Source of the DNA: Takakia lepidozioides
Taxonomy: Eukaryota; Plantae; Bryophyta
Assembly: GCA_030704615.1 (NCBI GenBank)
Contig: CM060731.1
Location: forward strand, 84,444,001-84,508,000
Direction of reading: 5' to 3'
Length of the DNA: 64,000 bases
The position numbers and the translations under genes are program-made. Shown in pieces: positions 1 through 13,064 of the stretch. A model generated the notes under the pieces. The model was not told the DNA's origin and made no database searches. It saw only the letters and a program-made list of their open reading frames with translations. Numbering within the stretch: the first letter of the stretch is position 1; each line of letters begins with the position of its first letter.

Positions 1-730
1 AGACGCGGCGAGTTCTGTTATAATAACACAGAACACTCGCAACGGGAGTTTCCCCTATCGTATTGGTCTATGGAAAAGCACTCTGGTGCCGACAAGTTGG
101 GCCGCCCAGGACGTTGAGGAACCGGCAGTAGCGGCAGTACTGGAAGAACGCGAGCGTTTGTTGAAGCTTGCAAAGTACAACATTGCAAAGCTAGGAAACG
201 GTATGAAAGGCAGGCGAATCGGAAGCGGAGGGAAGTGAAGTTTGAGCAGGCACGGAGGTCTGGTTGAAACATCAAGAATTTCCGACTAACTCGGAAATGA
301 GTCCGAAGTTCGTACCTCCGTATGCGGGACCCTTTCGCATTCAGAAGGTTATGAATGAGGATGTGTAAGAATTGGAGCTGCCGGCAAACAGCAAGGTGCA
401 CCCAGTATTCCATGTCTCCCTTTGAAGCCTTACTTCAAAGATGAAGCACGTCCGAATCGGCATCAAGTGTTGCGTCCGCCACCTATGCTGTTGGATCATG
501 AAAATGAACCTGAGTACGAGGTGGAGGCAATACTTAAGTCAAGGAGGTTCAAGAACCGAGAAACGAAGTATCTCGTCAAATGGAAGGGCTATCATCATGT
601 GGAGGCATCTTGGGTGCGTGCCTCAAAATGGGAAACGCATCCGAGGCGGGTCGCAGCTTTCGAAGGGGCGACCTCAAAAGCGGAAGAAGCGTTGATGGGG
701 ACATCAACCTTGGAGCGTGGGGGAGGAAAT
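1..730 (+). pseudogene. Ty3/gypsy chromovirus integrase C-terminus plus chromodomain (frameshifted)
   Basis: ORF 422-751 contains the integrase-tail sequence (LKPYF following HPVFHVS) and a chromodomain EYEVEAILKSRR...KYLVKWKGY...ASW; upstream GPY/F-like motif (P..AGPF). Confidence 0.9.
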
Positions 731-1033
731 GCATGCTTTAGCCCGGCTTAGCTAGCTTAGGAATCCGATTGAAAAAACTTGTATTGTACAAGACGTGCTA
801 TAAATGAAACGGATTCCAAATGTTGTGCTTCCTATTGCTCCACACTTGGCCGGGACTTAGAGGAAGTCGGCCGAACTAGCTAGTGGAGAGTAGAGTCAAG
901 TGTGGGTTTGGTTCTTGGCCATGGGACGCCATGGTGCGGAAACAAACTCCTTGATGTGGGACGCACACAACTTGATGTTCGTTTCTACAAAATGGACAAG
1001 TCGATGAGGACATCGACTCCCTGTTGGTAGGGG

Positions 1034-1751
1034 TGTCGCGGCCCTTTGCCTTGAGGGCAGGGGGTCGGACACATGAGGGGTGCCCCTGTGGTGGGGCATC
1101 GGCAGTGAAGGTATGGGGGGCTGAAGCACCCTTGAGTGCCCAAGGCACTGAAGGAGGCGGAGGCGCTCACTAGGTGGAGCCCCGCACACCGGGTTGCGGT
1201 GGGGTGGCTCCACAAGGGGTGGTGATAGCTTAGCGGGACTTAGTGGGGGTGGGCATAGGACTCACCATGGGGGGGAGACCTCGTGGTGGGAGTCGTGGGG
1301 AGTCTTGGGACTCATCACGGTCCATAGGGGCCGTTGGGTGAGTGGGCAAAGCTCACGCGCGACTCATCACCGGGAGTCGAGGGTTTTCGTGGTGGTTCGC
1401 CATAAAATGGCATGGCTGGTTATGAAACCCCCGCAGACAGCTATAGAAGTATATATAGGGAGTAGTAACCCCGAGAACGGTGCAAGCCCGTTGGTGACCA
1501 AAAACTAGTGAGTAAGGGAGCGAGCCGGAAAGCGACCAAAGAGTGGGGGCTGTTCGGACTGCCCTACCAAAGGAATTCCACTAGTCCCAAATAGGTGGAG
1601 GGTTTTAGTGGGAAGTGAGGGGGGACCGTTATGTCCCGGTGAGCAGCCGAAGCTCCAAGTTGGCCCGGCGGCCAGGTGGGGAGTCAGGCGCGCGCATCAA
1701 AGCGAGTAACTATGACTTGAAGGGGAGCTTACCGAAGTGAGGTGCGCGACA
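1034..1751 (+). mobile_element. 3' LTR of Galadriel-like chromovirus (LTR family A)
   Basis: Starts TGTCGCG and ends CGCGACA (terminal inverted repeat), preceded by purine-rich GGTAGGGG; closely matches the LTRs at 25582-26497 and 29352-30245. Confidence 0.92.
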
Positions 1752-4700
1752 CCCTGAGCATCAGGCTCCTTGGCAGCCAATGTTTATTTCTTCCAAAACT
1801 TTATCAACTTCATGGTGGTATAAGCATCAGCACTCCATCTGGTCCTAGCTTATACATTCTGCTTCCTACCATAGTGTAAGGTAAAGCCTTGATAGCAATT
1901 CTCTTTCTCTGCTCCTCCCATAACTTGGTGGACATTGACCATGAGTAAGATAGTATCTGATTGGCCATTGCCAATCTAACCAATCATTGCACTTCCCTGC
2001 ACCTCCACGGCAAATAAGCTCGCATCTGGTAATTGATCATCTACTCTTGTGGCTGGTTCACCTGTTGATAACCGTGACAAGTGGTCCGCCACAAGATGCA
2101 GCCTCCCAGGCTTGTAAACAACCTCAAACTCAAATTCGTGTAAGATTATCAACCATCTTGCTATTCTTCCGCTTATCAGAGGTTTGTTTACCAAGTATAT
2201 CAAAGCTTGGTGATCCACATAGAACATAAACTTCTTACCCAACAGGTAATGCCTGAATTTCTTCACTGCATAGATCATTGCCAATGCTTCTCTTTCTGTT
2301 GTGCTATAATTTCTTTCAGCATTGTTCATTAATCGGCTAGCATAGTACACAGGTGAATCTATCCTTCCTGTAACATTTTGGGCTAGCAACGCTCCCAATG
2401 CTTCTCCTGAAGCATCACAGTGAACATGGAACATTTCCTGCCAGTGAGGATTAATCAATATAGGTGTAGTTGTCATTGACAATGTCAGACTTTGTATGCA
2501 TAAGCACCCCAGTCTGTGATGAAAGCTGTTTTTCCTTGATCTTCCTCTGCCACCTGTACTTGATTATAACCACTGAAGCCATCCATGAATGAATACATTT
2601 CATGGCCCTGCCACAGTGTCCAATACTGCTTCTGTGAATGGTAGAGGAAAAGGATCCTTCCTCGTACAAGCATTCAGCTTCTTGTAGTTCACACAAACTC
2701 TTAGTTTGCCATTTTTCTTGGGGACTATCACAATGGGTGACAACCAAGTTGTGTACTCTATCGGGTATATAAATTTAGCTTCAGCCAACTTTTTGATCTC
2801 TTCTCCAACCTTCTCTGCATAGTTGGGATTCATCCTGTATCTCGCCTGTTTAACTGGTATTGATCCTGGTTCCAGTTCAATCTTATGTTGACAGATCTCA
2901 GGTGGTATCCCCTTCAGATCCTCATAGCTCCAAGCAAATACATCTCTGTATTTAATGAACAGACTCTTTGCTTCCTCAAAGAATTCTGGCTCTAGATCCA
3001 CCCTACCTTCACCATCCTTGGTTCCTTCTCAGTTCCCACATTCACTTCCCTCACCTGCTCATCAGCTGTGATTGTCCAACCAGTTACTATTTCATCCTGT
3101 AGACTTACGTGGCTGGTTCCTCTAGGATATCAATCTCTCCTTCCCTTTCCTCATAAAAATGGTGGGTAACTATTTATTTCCTCCTCAATTGGGTTGTTGT
3201 CACTGCACCACAGTAGATACTTTTTAAACAATTCAGGCCTTCTAATTGCATCTCTGCAACCTGTTCCCACTCTGGGTGTGCAGCGAACAAAGTAGCTTCA
3301 TGTTCCTCATCCAGTCCTTCTTTCCAATCATACTCCCTGACCCCTCTTGGTCTTCTTGTAGCAGATAGTCTTTCAGATTTCTTAGTGGTGATTTGTATCT
3401 TGTTCAACCCATCCTGCACAGTCAGTAACTGTGAATTCCAATCATGAGACACTTTGGCCTGTTTCAGCCATGGTCTTCCCAACAATAAGGAATAAGCTTC
3501 CAGGACTTCATTCATCTTCAACACAGTTACTGTGATCTTAAAGATCATCTCTTGAATCTGGATTTTAACTCCTCTGATCAATCCCAATGGCTGTACACTC
3601 CTTTGGTCTGCCATGGTTACTGTAAATGCGGCTGGTTTCATGTTGTTTAGACCTAGCTTCTGCCTCAATTGGTCTGTCATGATATTCACACTAGAGTCTC
3701 CATCTATCAGTACATCTGTGCTTCCAATTCTCAACTGGATAACTGGCATAGAATCATCAAAATCCATGATTGTTTCTTGCCCTTCTGGCCTCACATTATA
3801 ACTGGTCACCATGCTGTTCAGGTCTGTGTTCTCTGTCAAATGGGCAATCCTGTTGATTGCTTGATATAGCTGTGTCTACAATAAGGTGCCACAGCTAATA
3901 GCTGTCCAATGGTAATTTCCACTTTGGACTGGCATATCACTTCAGCCAATGTCCCTTCCTTACCCTGCACTTCTGCGGCTTCCCTCTTTCCTTCTTCCTC
4001 ACTGACTTCTTCTTCTCCTTCAGAGTCTGAGGAGTCTACCATGGGAATATCAGTACTCTTCTGCATTTCCCGTATGGTATCCGCCATTTCCTTGTGCAGT
4101 TCCTTCTCATCTCTCCAAGCCTCATCATCTTCAGGCACATCACTGCCATCTTCATTATCATCAACTTCATCTTCCACTGGAGGTACTAATTTGGCTCTGC
4201 TTCTTGTTACTATCATTGTACTCACTTCCGGTACAATACATGGCCTAACCATGTGGGCTGCCACTACTGGCCCCTCATTCCCAGGAGCTCTCATCTCATT
4301 CTGGTGTCTGATCCAGAATGGACAAGCTGCCTTACGATGTCCTGCCTGATTACAATAGTAACACAGTTCTTCTCCATTGGGTCCTCGCCCTTGGTCTGTT
4401 CTGGGATTATTTCTGTAATCCTGATTCCCTGGCTGGTAATTCCCTCTTGGATTACCCTGATAGCCACCCCTGGGATGTCCCTGGTAATTCCCTCTTGGAT
4501 TACCTCTCCTTTCCATGCCATTGTTATAACCACCTGTCCTACCGTAGTGGTTTGATCATTGTTTCTTCTTGGCTGGGGTTGCACTTGATGCACCCTTACC
4601 TGCCTAGGCTCTCTTACTGCTGTTCTTCTGTTGTAGTAACAATTCTCAGTAGAATGGTTATCCATTTTACAGATAGTGCAGTGTTTCTCTTTCATGTGGC

Positions 4701-5000
4701 ATTCAGTAGTGGTGTGGCCTTCATTCTGGCATTTTGCACACCAAACACCCTTCCTCCAATGTGTTGCAGCCTCTGTGGCATACTTTTTCAAGATTTCTTC
4801 TAATCTCTTCTCATAATTTTCCCTCTTCATCTTTTCCTTCTTTTTACTCTTCTTTTTATGCTCCATCTCCTCTTCTTCTTCTGACTCATCCTCAGAGTCC
4901 TCTTCATCTCTTTTCTCCTTCCTGAGCATTCCCAACTGCTCAATTCTTTTTGCTGTTTCAAATGCCTCCTCCACTGTATTGTGGGGTAACATGTTTTGTT
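1752..5000 (-). mobile_element. Non-chromovirus Ty3/gypsy internal region (gag, PR, RT, RNase H, start of integrase), degraded
   Basis: Gag CCHC knuckles (4291-5028, 3836-4516); protease VLIDGDS...LLGRPWL (3174-3839); RT CVNYKKLN..KDPFPLP and FMDGFSGYNQV (2485-3001); RNase H HCDAS...NYSTTEREAL...VDHQAL...ADHLSR (1976-2482). The RT YxDD half is deleted at about 2485. Same family as 14658-17864. Confidence 0.92.
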
Positions 5001-6657
5001 TTGCATTTTTTGGCACATTTTTTTGCACAATGTTTTACCCTTTTGCCTATCGAAGGACCAAGGAAGTGGCTATATAGAAAATAATATTGCATCACCTCTT
5101 TGTGCAATCAATTTGCTTCCATGTCCATTATATATTTCAGAGGGAGATTGTTCTTGAAATATGATGAGTTCCTGTCAAAACAACTAGTTAGACTGTATTC
5201 TAGGCCTCTCATTTTTGATTAATAGTGTCTCAAACACACAGGTTTGAGGCCTGCAAGGGGGTTACCTGACAGCAACCTGGGTCCAGGACCGACAAATTAA
5301 AACACACACGCTTGAGGCCCGTGGGCCCTGTGAGGGGGTCACCTGGTTGCTGGCCGGGTCCAGGACCGACCCACCAGACCAAGGCCAAGGTTTCTGACAC
5401 GCCCAGCGTTATTCGCAATCTAGGATTAGCCTCAGGAGAGGCCTTGTCCCTACCAGGCAGGGCACATTAATATGTGCCGTAAAGACCTGCGGGTTTTTTC
5501 TCTTTGTATTTTCAGGGAGCTTACCTGGCGGAATGTCACGTCGAGAGTGAGCGGGGGATATTACGCGGGCTGGGGGATCTTACGCGTAGGGTCCCGTGGG
5601 ATATTACGCACGCCATCTTTTCTTTACAATGTCATCTTTTATGTGATATGCCGCAGTCTGAGCCGTCCACAGCGAAAAGAAATCCTATGTCTTTACCTGT
5701 GGGATATTACGCCCTCGGTCACTCCCCTCACACCGCGGTACACCCTGGGGTGGGGACTTACCCTATACATTCTGTCATTAATGCCAAGAGCCAGCCCCAT
5801 GCCCAGGCCATGCCATTTCCCTCGCCATCCCCCTTGCTCGCCATACTCCTCACCATGCATGCGGACCCTACCATGCTCTATGAGCCCTCCCCCATGCTCC
5901 ATGGCATGTTTGGCATCCATGGATGAATTTAGGGGGATGACTTTAGAATGGATGAGGTTAGGGTGAAGGCTGTTCAACATTGCTTATCTTGGCTCCCAAA
6001 GCAAACAGCGGGTTCTATGGATTAGTGAGTAGATTAGATTAGTGAGGTGAGCTTGTGGATCACTAAACACTTGATGTGAATTGTTGGGTGCAAGACGCTT
6101 AAGAGATTCAATGAAGGAGCTGAAGCAGTTAAAGAAGCTTATAGTGTGATCAGATGATGGAAAAGACAATGTGGACTAAGCGAAAATATCCCAGCAAGTA
6201 AGACTTATGTTTATGCAAATGGTATGTGTTGTTTACATGTGCTCTTCTGTTGTTTGCATGATTCTTCTTTCATATATGGGTATCCCAATGGATAGAGCAA
6301 TCATGTGCTCTGAAACACAATTTCTTAGGATATGGAAACTAACATCGCGGTTTCCATATGCATTGGAACATGTTTTTGTTTTTGTTGAAGTTCAAAAAAA
6401 TGGTTTATATAGTAGGCCATATAATAGAGGTTCAAACTAATTACAAATTCATGAATGCATATTAGGGTTTGAATAAGGATAATACTCTCAAGTATCAACT
6501 GTGTTATTTGAATTTTTTCTGATTACACAGAAAGGTGGAGATGCATGATATGTGCAAAATGTGAGGAAGATCAATGATGAAGGACTTGGAGATTCAAAGC
6601 CCTATCAAAAGTCCATTTGATGCAAATGATTTGGTATGGTTGCCACACATCATAAAC

Positions 6658-6855
6658 GTCGCGCGCCTCACTTTGGTAACCCCCCCTTTAAGTCATAGTT
6701 ACTCGCTTTGATGCGCGCCTAACTCCCAAACCGGCCGCCGGGCCAACTCGGAGCTTCGGCTGCTCACCGGGGCATAAGGTCCCCCTCACTCCTCCACAAG
6801 ACCCTCCACAAGACCCTCCACCACTTTGGACCTAGCGGAAATTCCTTTTGGTAGT
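6658..6855 (-). mobile_element. Truncated fragment of LTR family A (3' end)
   Basis: Reverse complement matches about 1570-1750 (gagcagccgaagctcc...catcaaagcgagtaactatgactt...gtgagg.gcgcgac). Confidence 0.85.
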
Positions 6856-7689
6856 TGGTGTAGATGCATATAATGGTACAGTTTTCTTTTCAGATCGTTT
6901 TTTATCTTAAAACAGGCAGTTTCGGCATTATACTACCAAAACAGGACAGTTTGTCAGTTAATTGGGAATGGAGCACACTAGAAAAGGCCCGGGAGTTTAA
7001 TGCGAGCCCTTCGGTCCTGCCTCCGTGGCACCCCCCCTAGCCCCCCACAGCCCCCCCCCCTTCGGCTTCGCGCGGCTCACGGTCGCCGCGGCCCGCCCCC
7101 CGCTCTGCCGGCCCTCCCCTCGCCACCCCCCCCCCCCCCCCGCCCCTCCACCCCCCAGGCCCCCGCGCCACACCCGCCCCCGCCCCCCATCCGTCACCCC
7201 ATGGAATGTCGTTTATATAACACGTGATACATGTAGGTCATGCAGGCATCCATGTCAGATGTGGTCATGAACATAACATGAGCCCATAGTGAGAGTGAAG
7301 CCAACACATGCATGGTTACACATAGGTACATAAGTTTGAATTTGAAATTTAGTATTATTTAATGGACATGACTGTTCGTCTACTTGTAGGATTTAGGATC
7401 AATGTGTGTAGGTATGGATGGATGAGAGTAGGATGGATGAGAATACGATGGATGTGTAATCAGAGGCGAGTCTCCATGGAATCACCCTCGTGTAGCTTCG
7501 TGTCTGAAACGGTTCTGTCACCAGGAAAGCTTACGTTCAGCCTGTATCAGCACCGCCTCCTCTTTGAATTGCAAATTGACATGTCGGTTGGCGAGAAATC
7601 TGAAGCCATCGTGTCCCATCTTGTTTTGCTGCTTCGAGAAGTGCAACTGCCAAATGCAGGTGCTTTCAACCATCATGTACTGTAGTGGC

Positions 7690-10357
7690 GTTTGCAATGG
7701 CATGGCAAGCCTCGGGGCCAAGACTCGGCCCAAGTCGCCTACATTCCATGGAATCGCGTTGTTGATTTCATTACTAGGGAATCCTCCCGTACAAATGGCC
7801 CATGCACTTTCCACAGGCATCACCAAAGAGGCCATCTGGAGGGATCTCTGTTAGCTCCTCGCACCAACAGTGCTTTGACTATAACAAGGTACATCTAGGG
7901 CTGCCGTTCATATGTTGCAATGCCTATTCCATGATTTCCATGAATGCAGAGAGTGCCTGAGTCCCCTTGGAGTGATAGTAACGGAATGTAGTTTGTGGTT
8001 GTAGGTATCACTGCTCATATGGTCCAGAGGATAGAACTACGGCCCTCTTGGATGTTACCCCTGCAATGGCACACAAGAAACGCCGAACAAAACCTGCAAA
8101 GAAGAAGGGGAGGAAGCCAAGAGTCACAACCGCTTCCATTGAAGCAAAGCCAAAACAAGCAAGGACCACACAAACAAAATCGGGGGAAAGCATCAAGAGG
8201 GGATGTATGTGCAGGTTTGTAGTGAAGCAATGCCATGTGGACCCTGATATTGCAGAGCTGGTCTATTATAAAAAGAGACATGTCAATGGGGCTGGAGAGG
8301 TCTGCCATGGACCCACTCAACAACTAGGTCGTATTTCATTAGCTCCCCACTTGAACGATGACATGAAATCATGGATGTTACATAACCTACGTCTGGGACT
8401 AAGCATCAACAAGATAATGGCGAAGCACACGCAGTGGGTGAGGGATATCATGGATGGGGGGTTGGAGGTTACTCGTGACACCTTCCTTCTTTCAAGCGAC
8501 ATCCGAAATATTGCCAACAAGTGCGATGAAGAAACTTTCAAAAAGCACTCCAATGATGCACAAAGTGTCCGAATGTGGTGCATGAAAACCCAGCAAGCGT
8601 TTTCTACTACCAGGAAGAGTGTAATCACCCTGCGTGGACGTTGAAGGACCGAAAACTGGACCTTCCATTTGTGCTTGGCATACAAACTGATTGGCAGAGA
8701 AAACAAATGCTCAAACACGGCCATCGTCGCATAGTTGCTTGTGATGCAACCTTTGCGACGAATGAAAAGAAGGTTGCGGCAGTTTCTTAACCCAAATGTC
8801 CTCAAAAGCTTGTCAAATTATGTTCTTCATGTGAACTTTTCTGTTTTCGTACCATTTCCTTGAACTCACTTCAGTTACACATGATTATGTTGCAGTACCC
8901 TTTGTATACCATGATGGTATTCGACGACTGGCTGAATGGTATTCCAGTGGCTTAAATTATCACTGCAAGCTGCAAAACCATCGATCTTACGCCTTGGATG
9001 GAGGCACTAAACAAACAAATGGCAAGTTTGCAAGTAGACTGGCGTCCGAATGTCTTTATTGTGGATGACGCAGATGCTGAAATTGCTGCCATTAGGTACG
9101 TCCATGAACTCAGGCAATATACCTACCATGATCTCTTAGTTACACATGAATTTCAGTTTACCTACCTAATAAGAGAACAGATCTGTCTGGGGGGATTGTG
9201 TTGTTTTCTTGTACTTGTGGTATGTTCGCCGAGCCTGGCAGAAGAATGTTGTAGCAAAGGTGAAAGACCCAGTATTGCGAGCGGCTATCTTACAAGACCT
9301 GCACAAATCATGTACGATAGAAGGGAGACCTCTGGGGATGCAGGTGAAGCATGGGCCGCGGGACCTGCGGGAGAAGTACCCTTCTGAGACAAAATTTTGC
9401 ACCTACATAGAGACAGAGTGGCTTCCAAAAGCCAAAATGTGGATGAAGGGATCCCGGAACATACCTCATGCCTCTCAAGACACTAATGCTGCCATAAAAG
9501 CATACCACGGGAACCTGAAAGTGCAATTGAAGAGCACCAAAAGCGTCCTCGGTAGTAGGCGGGTGGATTGGCTCATCTCTGAACTGCCAGGTGATGTGCT
9601 AACCCATTACTGGTACATGTCACATGCGAAGGCTTATGGGTTCATCCGAAACAAGCGGCAGGAGGGATTTGTTTGTACTTCTATTTTGTTTGCCAACGAC
9701 ATTCTAGATGCGAATGTGCACCTGTCTGACACACCCAGAGGCATTGCATCAGTTGAATGCCACCGCCATTTGGGTATGACATATACTGTCCACAATCCGG
9801 ATTCTAAGTGGGGTTGTTGTGATTGTCATTGGGCCCAGAAAGGAAATATGTGTGCACACCAGGTAAAGGTTTTGAAGATGCTCCACCCCCATGTGATGGG
9901 CTGATTGCAAAGTTGTGCGGATCCCTGTTGGGCACATGTAAAGGTGGCCTCCACAACTTGCTAGCTGCCCATCAGTCCCTCTCTTCCATCCCTTTGTCTT
10001 CACAAACTCCCCCAGGTCTGATCTCCCCTTCTATGGCTCACAAAAACATCCGCTGGTACAAGTCCATTGCCCAACCTACTTGCCCTTATCTCTACAGAGT
10101 GGGAAAGTATTCTTCAACTGACAGATACCAGCAAATTCCTACATCAACATCTTCTTGCATTGGTAAGAGCTACGAAGGGAAAGATTTTGGACATGACTGC
10201 CATGTTGGAGGAGGGTCTTCAGTACCCTGGTGAAGACCCAGTTATGACTATTGTGGATGATGGGAATGGAAAGTCACTTGCACGGTACAAAGACTTTCTG
10301 GAGAGGCATGGCTACACAGGCAATCTCCCATCCGTGCCGTCTCCCCACCAGGAGTAG
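7690..10357 (+). pseudogene. Mutator-like (MULE) transposase with SWIM finger, At1g60560/At4g13970-like family
   Basis: AYIPWNRVVDFI, CSYGPED, RGCMCRFVVK...RHVNGAGEVCHGP, CDATFATN/YPLYTMMVFD (intron 8773-8895 GT..AG), FIVDDADAEIAAI, LWYVRRAW, TNAAIKAYH, SWIM CDC...GNMCAHQVKV; contains frameshifts and a stop. Confidence 0.85.
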
Positions 10358-12136
10358 GAAGAGGTTGTACACCGGCTGAAGGACTTCAGGTACGGCACCA
10401 TATTCCTGGAATCCCTGCAGTCCATATACTGAACTAGGGCCTATTTGCTTATGCAAGGAGCGAATGAGACGGTCAGATGGTTGGGCAGCTGTTGGATGTG
10501 CCTTCTTTCCATTTTGAACTTCAGGTGGATTGGGCTGAGGAAGCATGTGGCTGACAACATTACCAGTACTACAATTTCATTTCCATTTTCAGCTCCACAA
10601 TTTCAGGCAATGTCTACCGTTTTGCAGGTTCTCACATCAAACTTGCACATGCACAGGCGTACTGACAGTACACTTCCGTATGAACAACCCATGTACAACT
10701 GCTACGCATTGAAAATGTGCAACAGGTGGAGTTCAGAGTGAAGGACGCTTGCAATTTGAGGTGCATGCATGCATGGCCCCCGGGTTTGAAGTACGTGATG
10801 TGCATGGCCTACGGGTCTGAGGGGGGATAGTACATGTGCATTCACAATGCACTTCAGAACTGTGTCTGAAAAGTGAGGTTTACGGTTTAGGACACACGCT
10901 TGACCGACTCATTCTAAATGGCATCAGATACACGACAGATTCTCTTTCTGTTTCTAGCCTTCTGTGACTTTTTCATGTGAGGTGGGATGTAGCTCAACTT
11001 GGTGGGAGTTTGGATCTTTGCTTTGGGTCACTGCAGTTTAGTAGGTATTTCGAATCAGGAGACCTTGTTGAAATGTTTGGGGTCGAAGTTTTTATTCATT
11101 CCTGAGGCAACCATTTGCAATTGAAGATGGCATTCCGAATTTACACATTCATATGTCTCTTTGCAGTTGAATACCTATTTTGAGTCGCTGGCCATGTACA
11201 ACTGTTTCATTTGAAGTTGGTATTGTTGCCTTAGCAAATGACTTGCATTTGAGGTTGAAAGAAAGATTTGCCATGGCTCTCTGGCGTCCAATATATAAGG
11301 TCATAAAGAACTATCATCCATACTTGTGTTCCACATGAAAGGGAGCATGCACAACCTGCAGCAATACAATGCCCATGGAATGTTATTATTTACACGATTA
11401 CAAAGCAGAGGCGCAAGGACAGAGCTGCCACTAGGTTACAAAGAACGACGTGGACAAAAGTTCATTCGGACCCCAAAGAGTCTAAAATGTGAAGACTAAG
11501 CTTTATGTCCATTAGAAAATGCAACAATACTGCCAACGACGCAATGGCGTGAGCGCGCGAGCGTACGCTCACGCAGGAGTGACGTGGCGTGAGCCTGCAC
11601 CCACGATGACGTGGCGTGAGCGTCTTGTGAGCATGCTGATGTGGCGGCAAATGATGATGTGGCACTGTCCGTCATCTGCCACGTCAGCATTAACATGCGC
11701 CGCCTATAACCGAGGATGGTCCTATGACCGTGGAATTAATGCACGGAATCTTGCCTAAATAGAATCAAGACTACCATGAGGCCTACAATTGTAGCATCCA
11801 ACATTGTGCAATTACAAATGCTTGTTTCACTTTTACAATTATGAGGACAAGAAAATATCCTCACAAAGTGTGCGCCATAGAGGCTACCACGGGAAGACCT
11901 TCCTCCCTCCTCAAATAACAATGAGAGTTAGGATCATCTTCAAAAGATGATTGTAGTGCATAGCGACAGCAAGACATGTAGACTTCGAACGGTGCAATGA
12001 CAAATGTGCTTTTAAAAGTTGCCACTTAGAGCTCACTCCATATAGTTGGAGGCCATATCATTGCACCGCCGACGAATTGATGGGAATTACACATTTCAAA
12101 TCATGGTCGTCCACATACCACATTGCATAGTTGATG

Positions 12137-13064
12137 CTACCCATGTGTTGTATCCCGCTGCAATAGAGTATCGACCTTGTTGAAACTCATAGTGGCCCGA
12201 TGAATGAAGTTGTCACGTTTGGGATCGCAAACCATCTTCTTCAAAAATATGAAATACAAATGTTTGCAGGGTATGAATTTACCTCTCTTGCCCAAACTGG
12301 TTGATAGCATATTCACAAAATTAGGATATGTGCAATTGGGGAAATTGGGAACCGTGATGTCGTAGGTCCTGTCATGAACAGCAGACGTAGAAGTGATGAT
12401 TATGAATACCCGACCATATCCTGGATCGGGTACTTCCGTGGTGCTTCCAACATGAGCTTGGAGCATTCTTGCGGACTCCACTTTGCCAAAGTGTTCAGCG
12501 GTTGGAGAGAAATGCCGAACGAGCTTTCCATCTCGTTTGGTTGGCCACAAGTCAGGATTTGCCGGGGGGGGCCCGGGAGGACGCAAAAGTAGTAGCACAT
12601 GCATGGAGTTGGGGTTGTCTCGCAAGGGAAAAGCCTGCCTCCTCCAGCATTTCAATCTCCTGAAATCTGAGATGTGTTCCCACCTTCACGGGCCAAACGG
12701 TTGGAGGAGATGGCTTCATCACTACGGAAGGACGCACAGTTCCATGCACACATCTGGCACAATCATCTGCGCAGAACCAGAACTTGTGGTTCTTGGCTTC
12801 TGGTTGACCGTATGGACGCATCAAACCCGTGAAAATCGGAGCAGGAGTTCGGGCACCACCTCTGGATATAGATGAAGTGCACTTCTCGAAATTAGTTGCC
12901 CTGATCACTGTACATTTCACACGAGACCCTACACTTGTGCGTTCTATGTGCCAAACGTGGTCGGGGCATGCGGACTCAAGCACATCAAGGGGGTTGTTGT
13001 TTCTCTCCTGCACCATTTCAGTGGCACTGTTTGATGCTGGAGCTTGCCGTCGTGTTGGAGGTTC
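12137..13064 (-). pseudogene. 3' fragment of GCM-MULE-type transposase (FWFC domain plus SWIM), cut by an LTR
   Basis: WHIER..., PAPIFTG...FWFCADDCARC...WPVKVGTHL..EIEMLEEAGF and C-terminal PNCT.....IPCKHLYFIF...FIH; homologous to 42117-43173. Confidence 0.8.

Noticed and set aside
6860-7200. MULE TIR-like stretch and poly-C tract with Pro/Gly-rich ORFs
   Set aside because: No inverted partner found, and the ORFs are low-complexity artefacts.
10984-11090. tRNA gene (GGGATGTAGCTCAACTTGGT)
   Set aside because: Only an A-box-like start; no convincing cloverleaf or B-box at the correct spacing.
12137-13064. Cognate transposase of copy A, since orientation and position fit the copy-B layout
   Set aside because: The protein is strongly diverged from the copy-B transposase, whereas the A and B accessory genes are near-identical; more likely a different subfamily.
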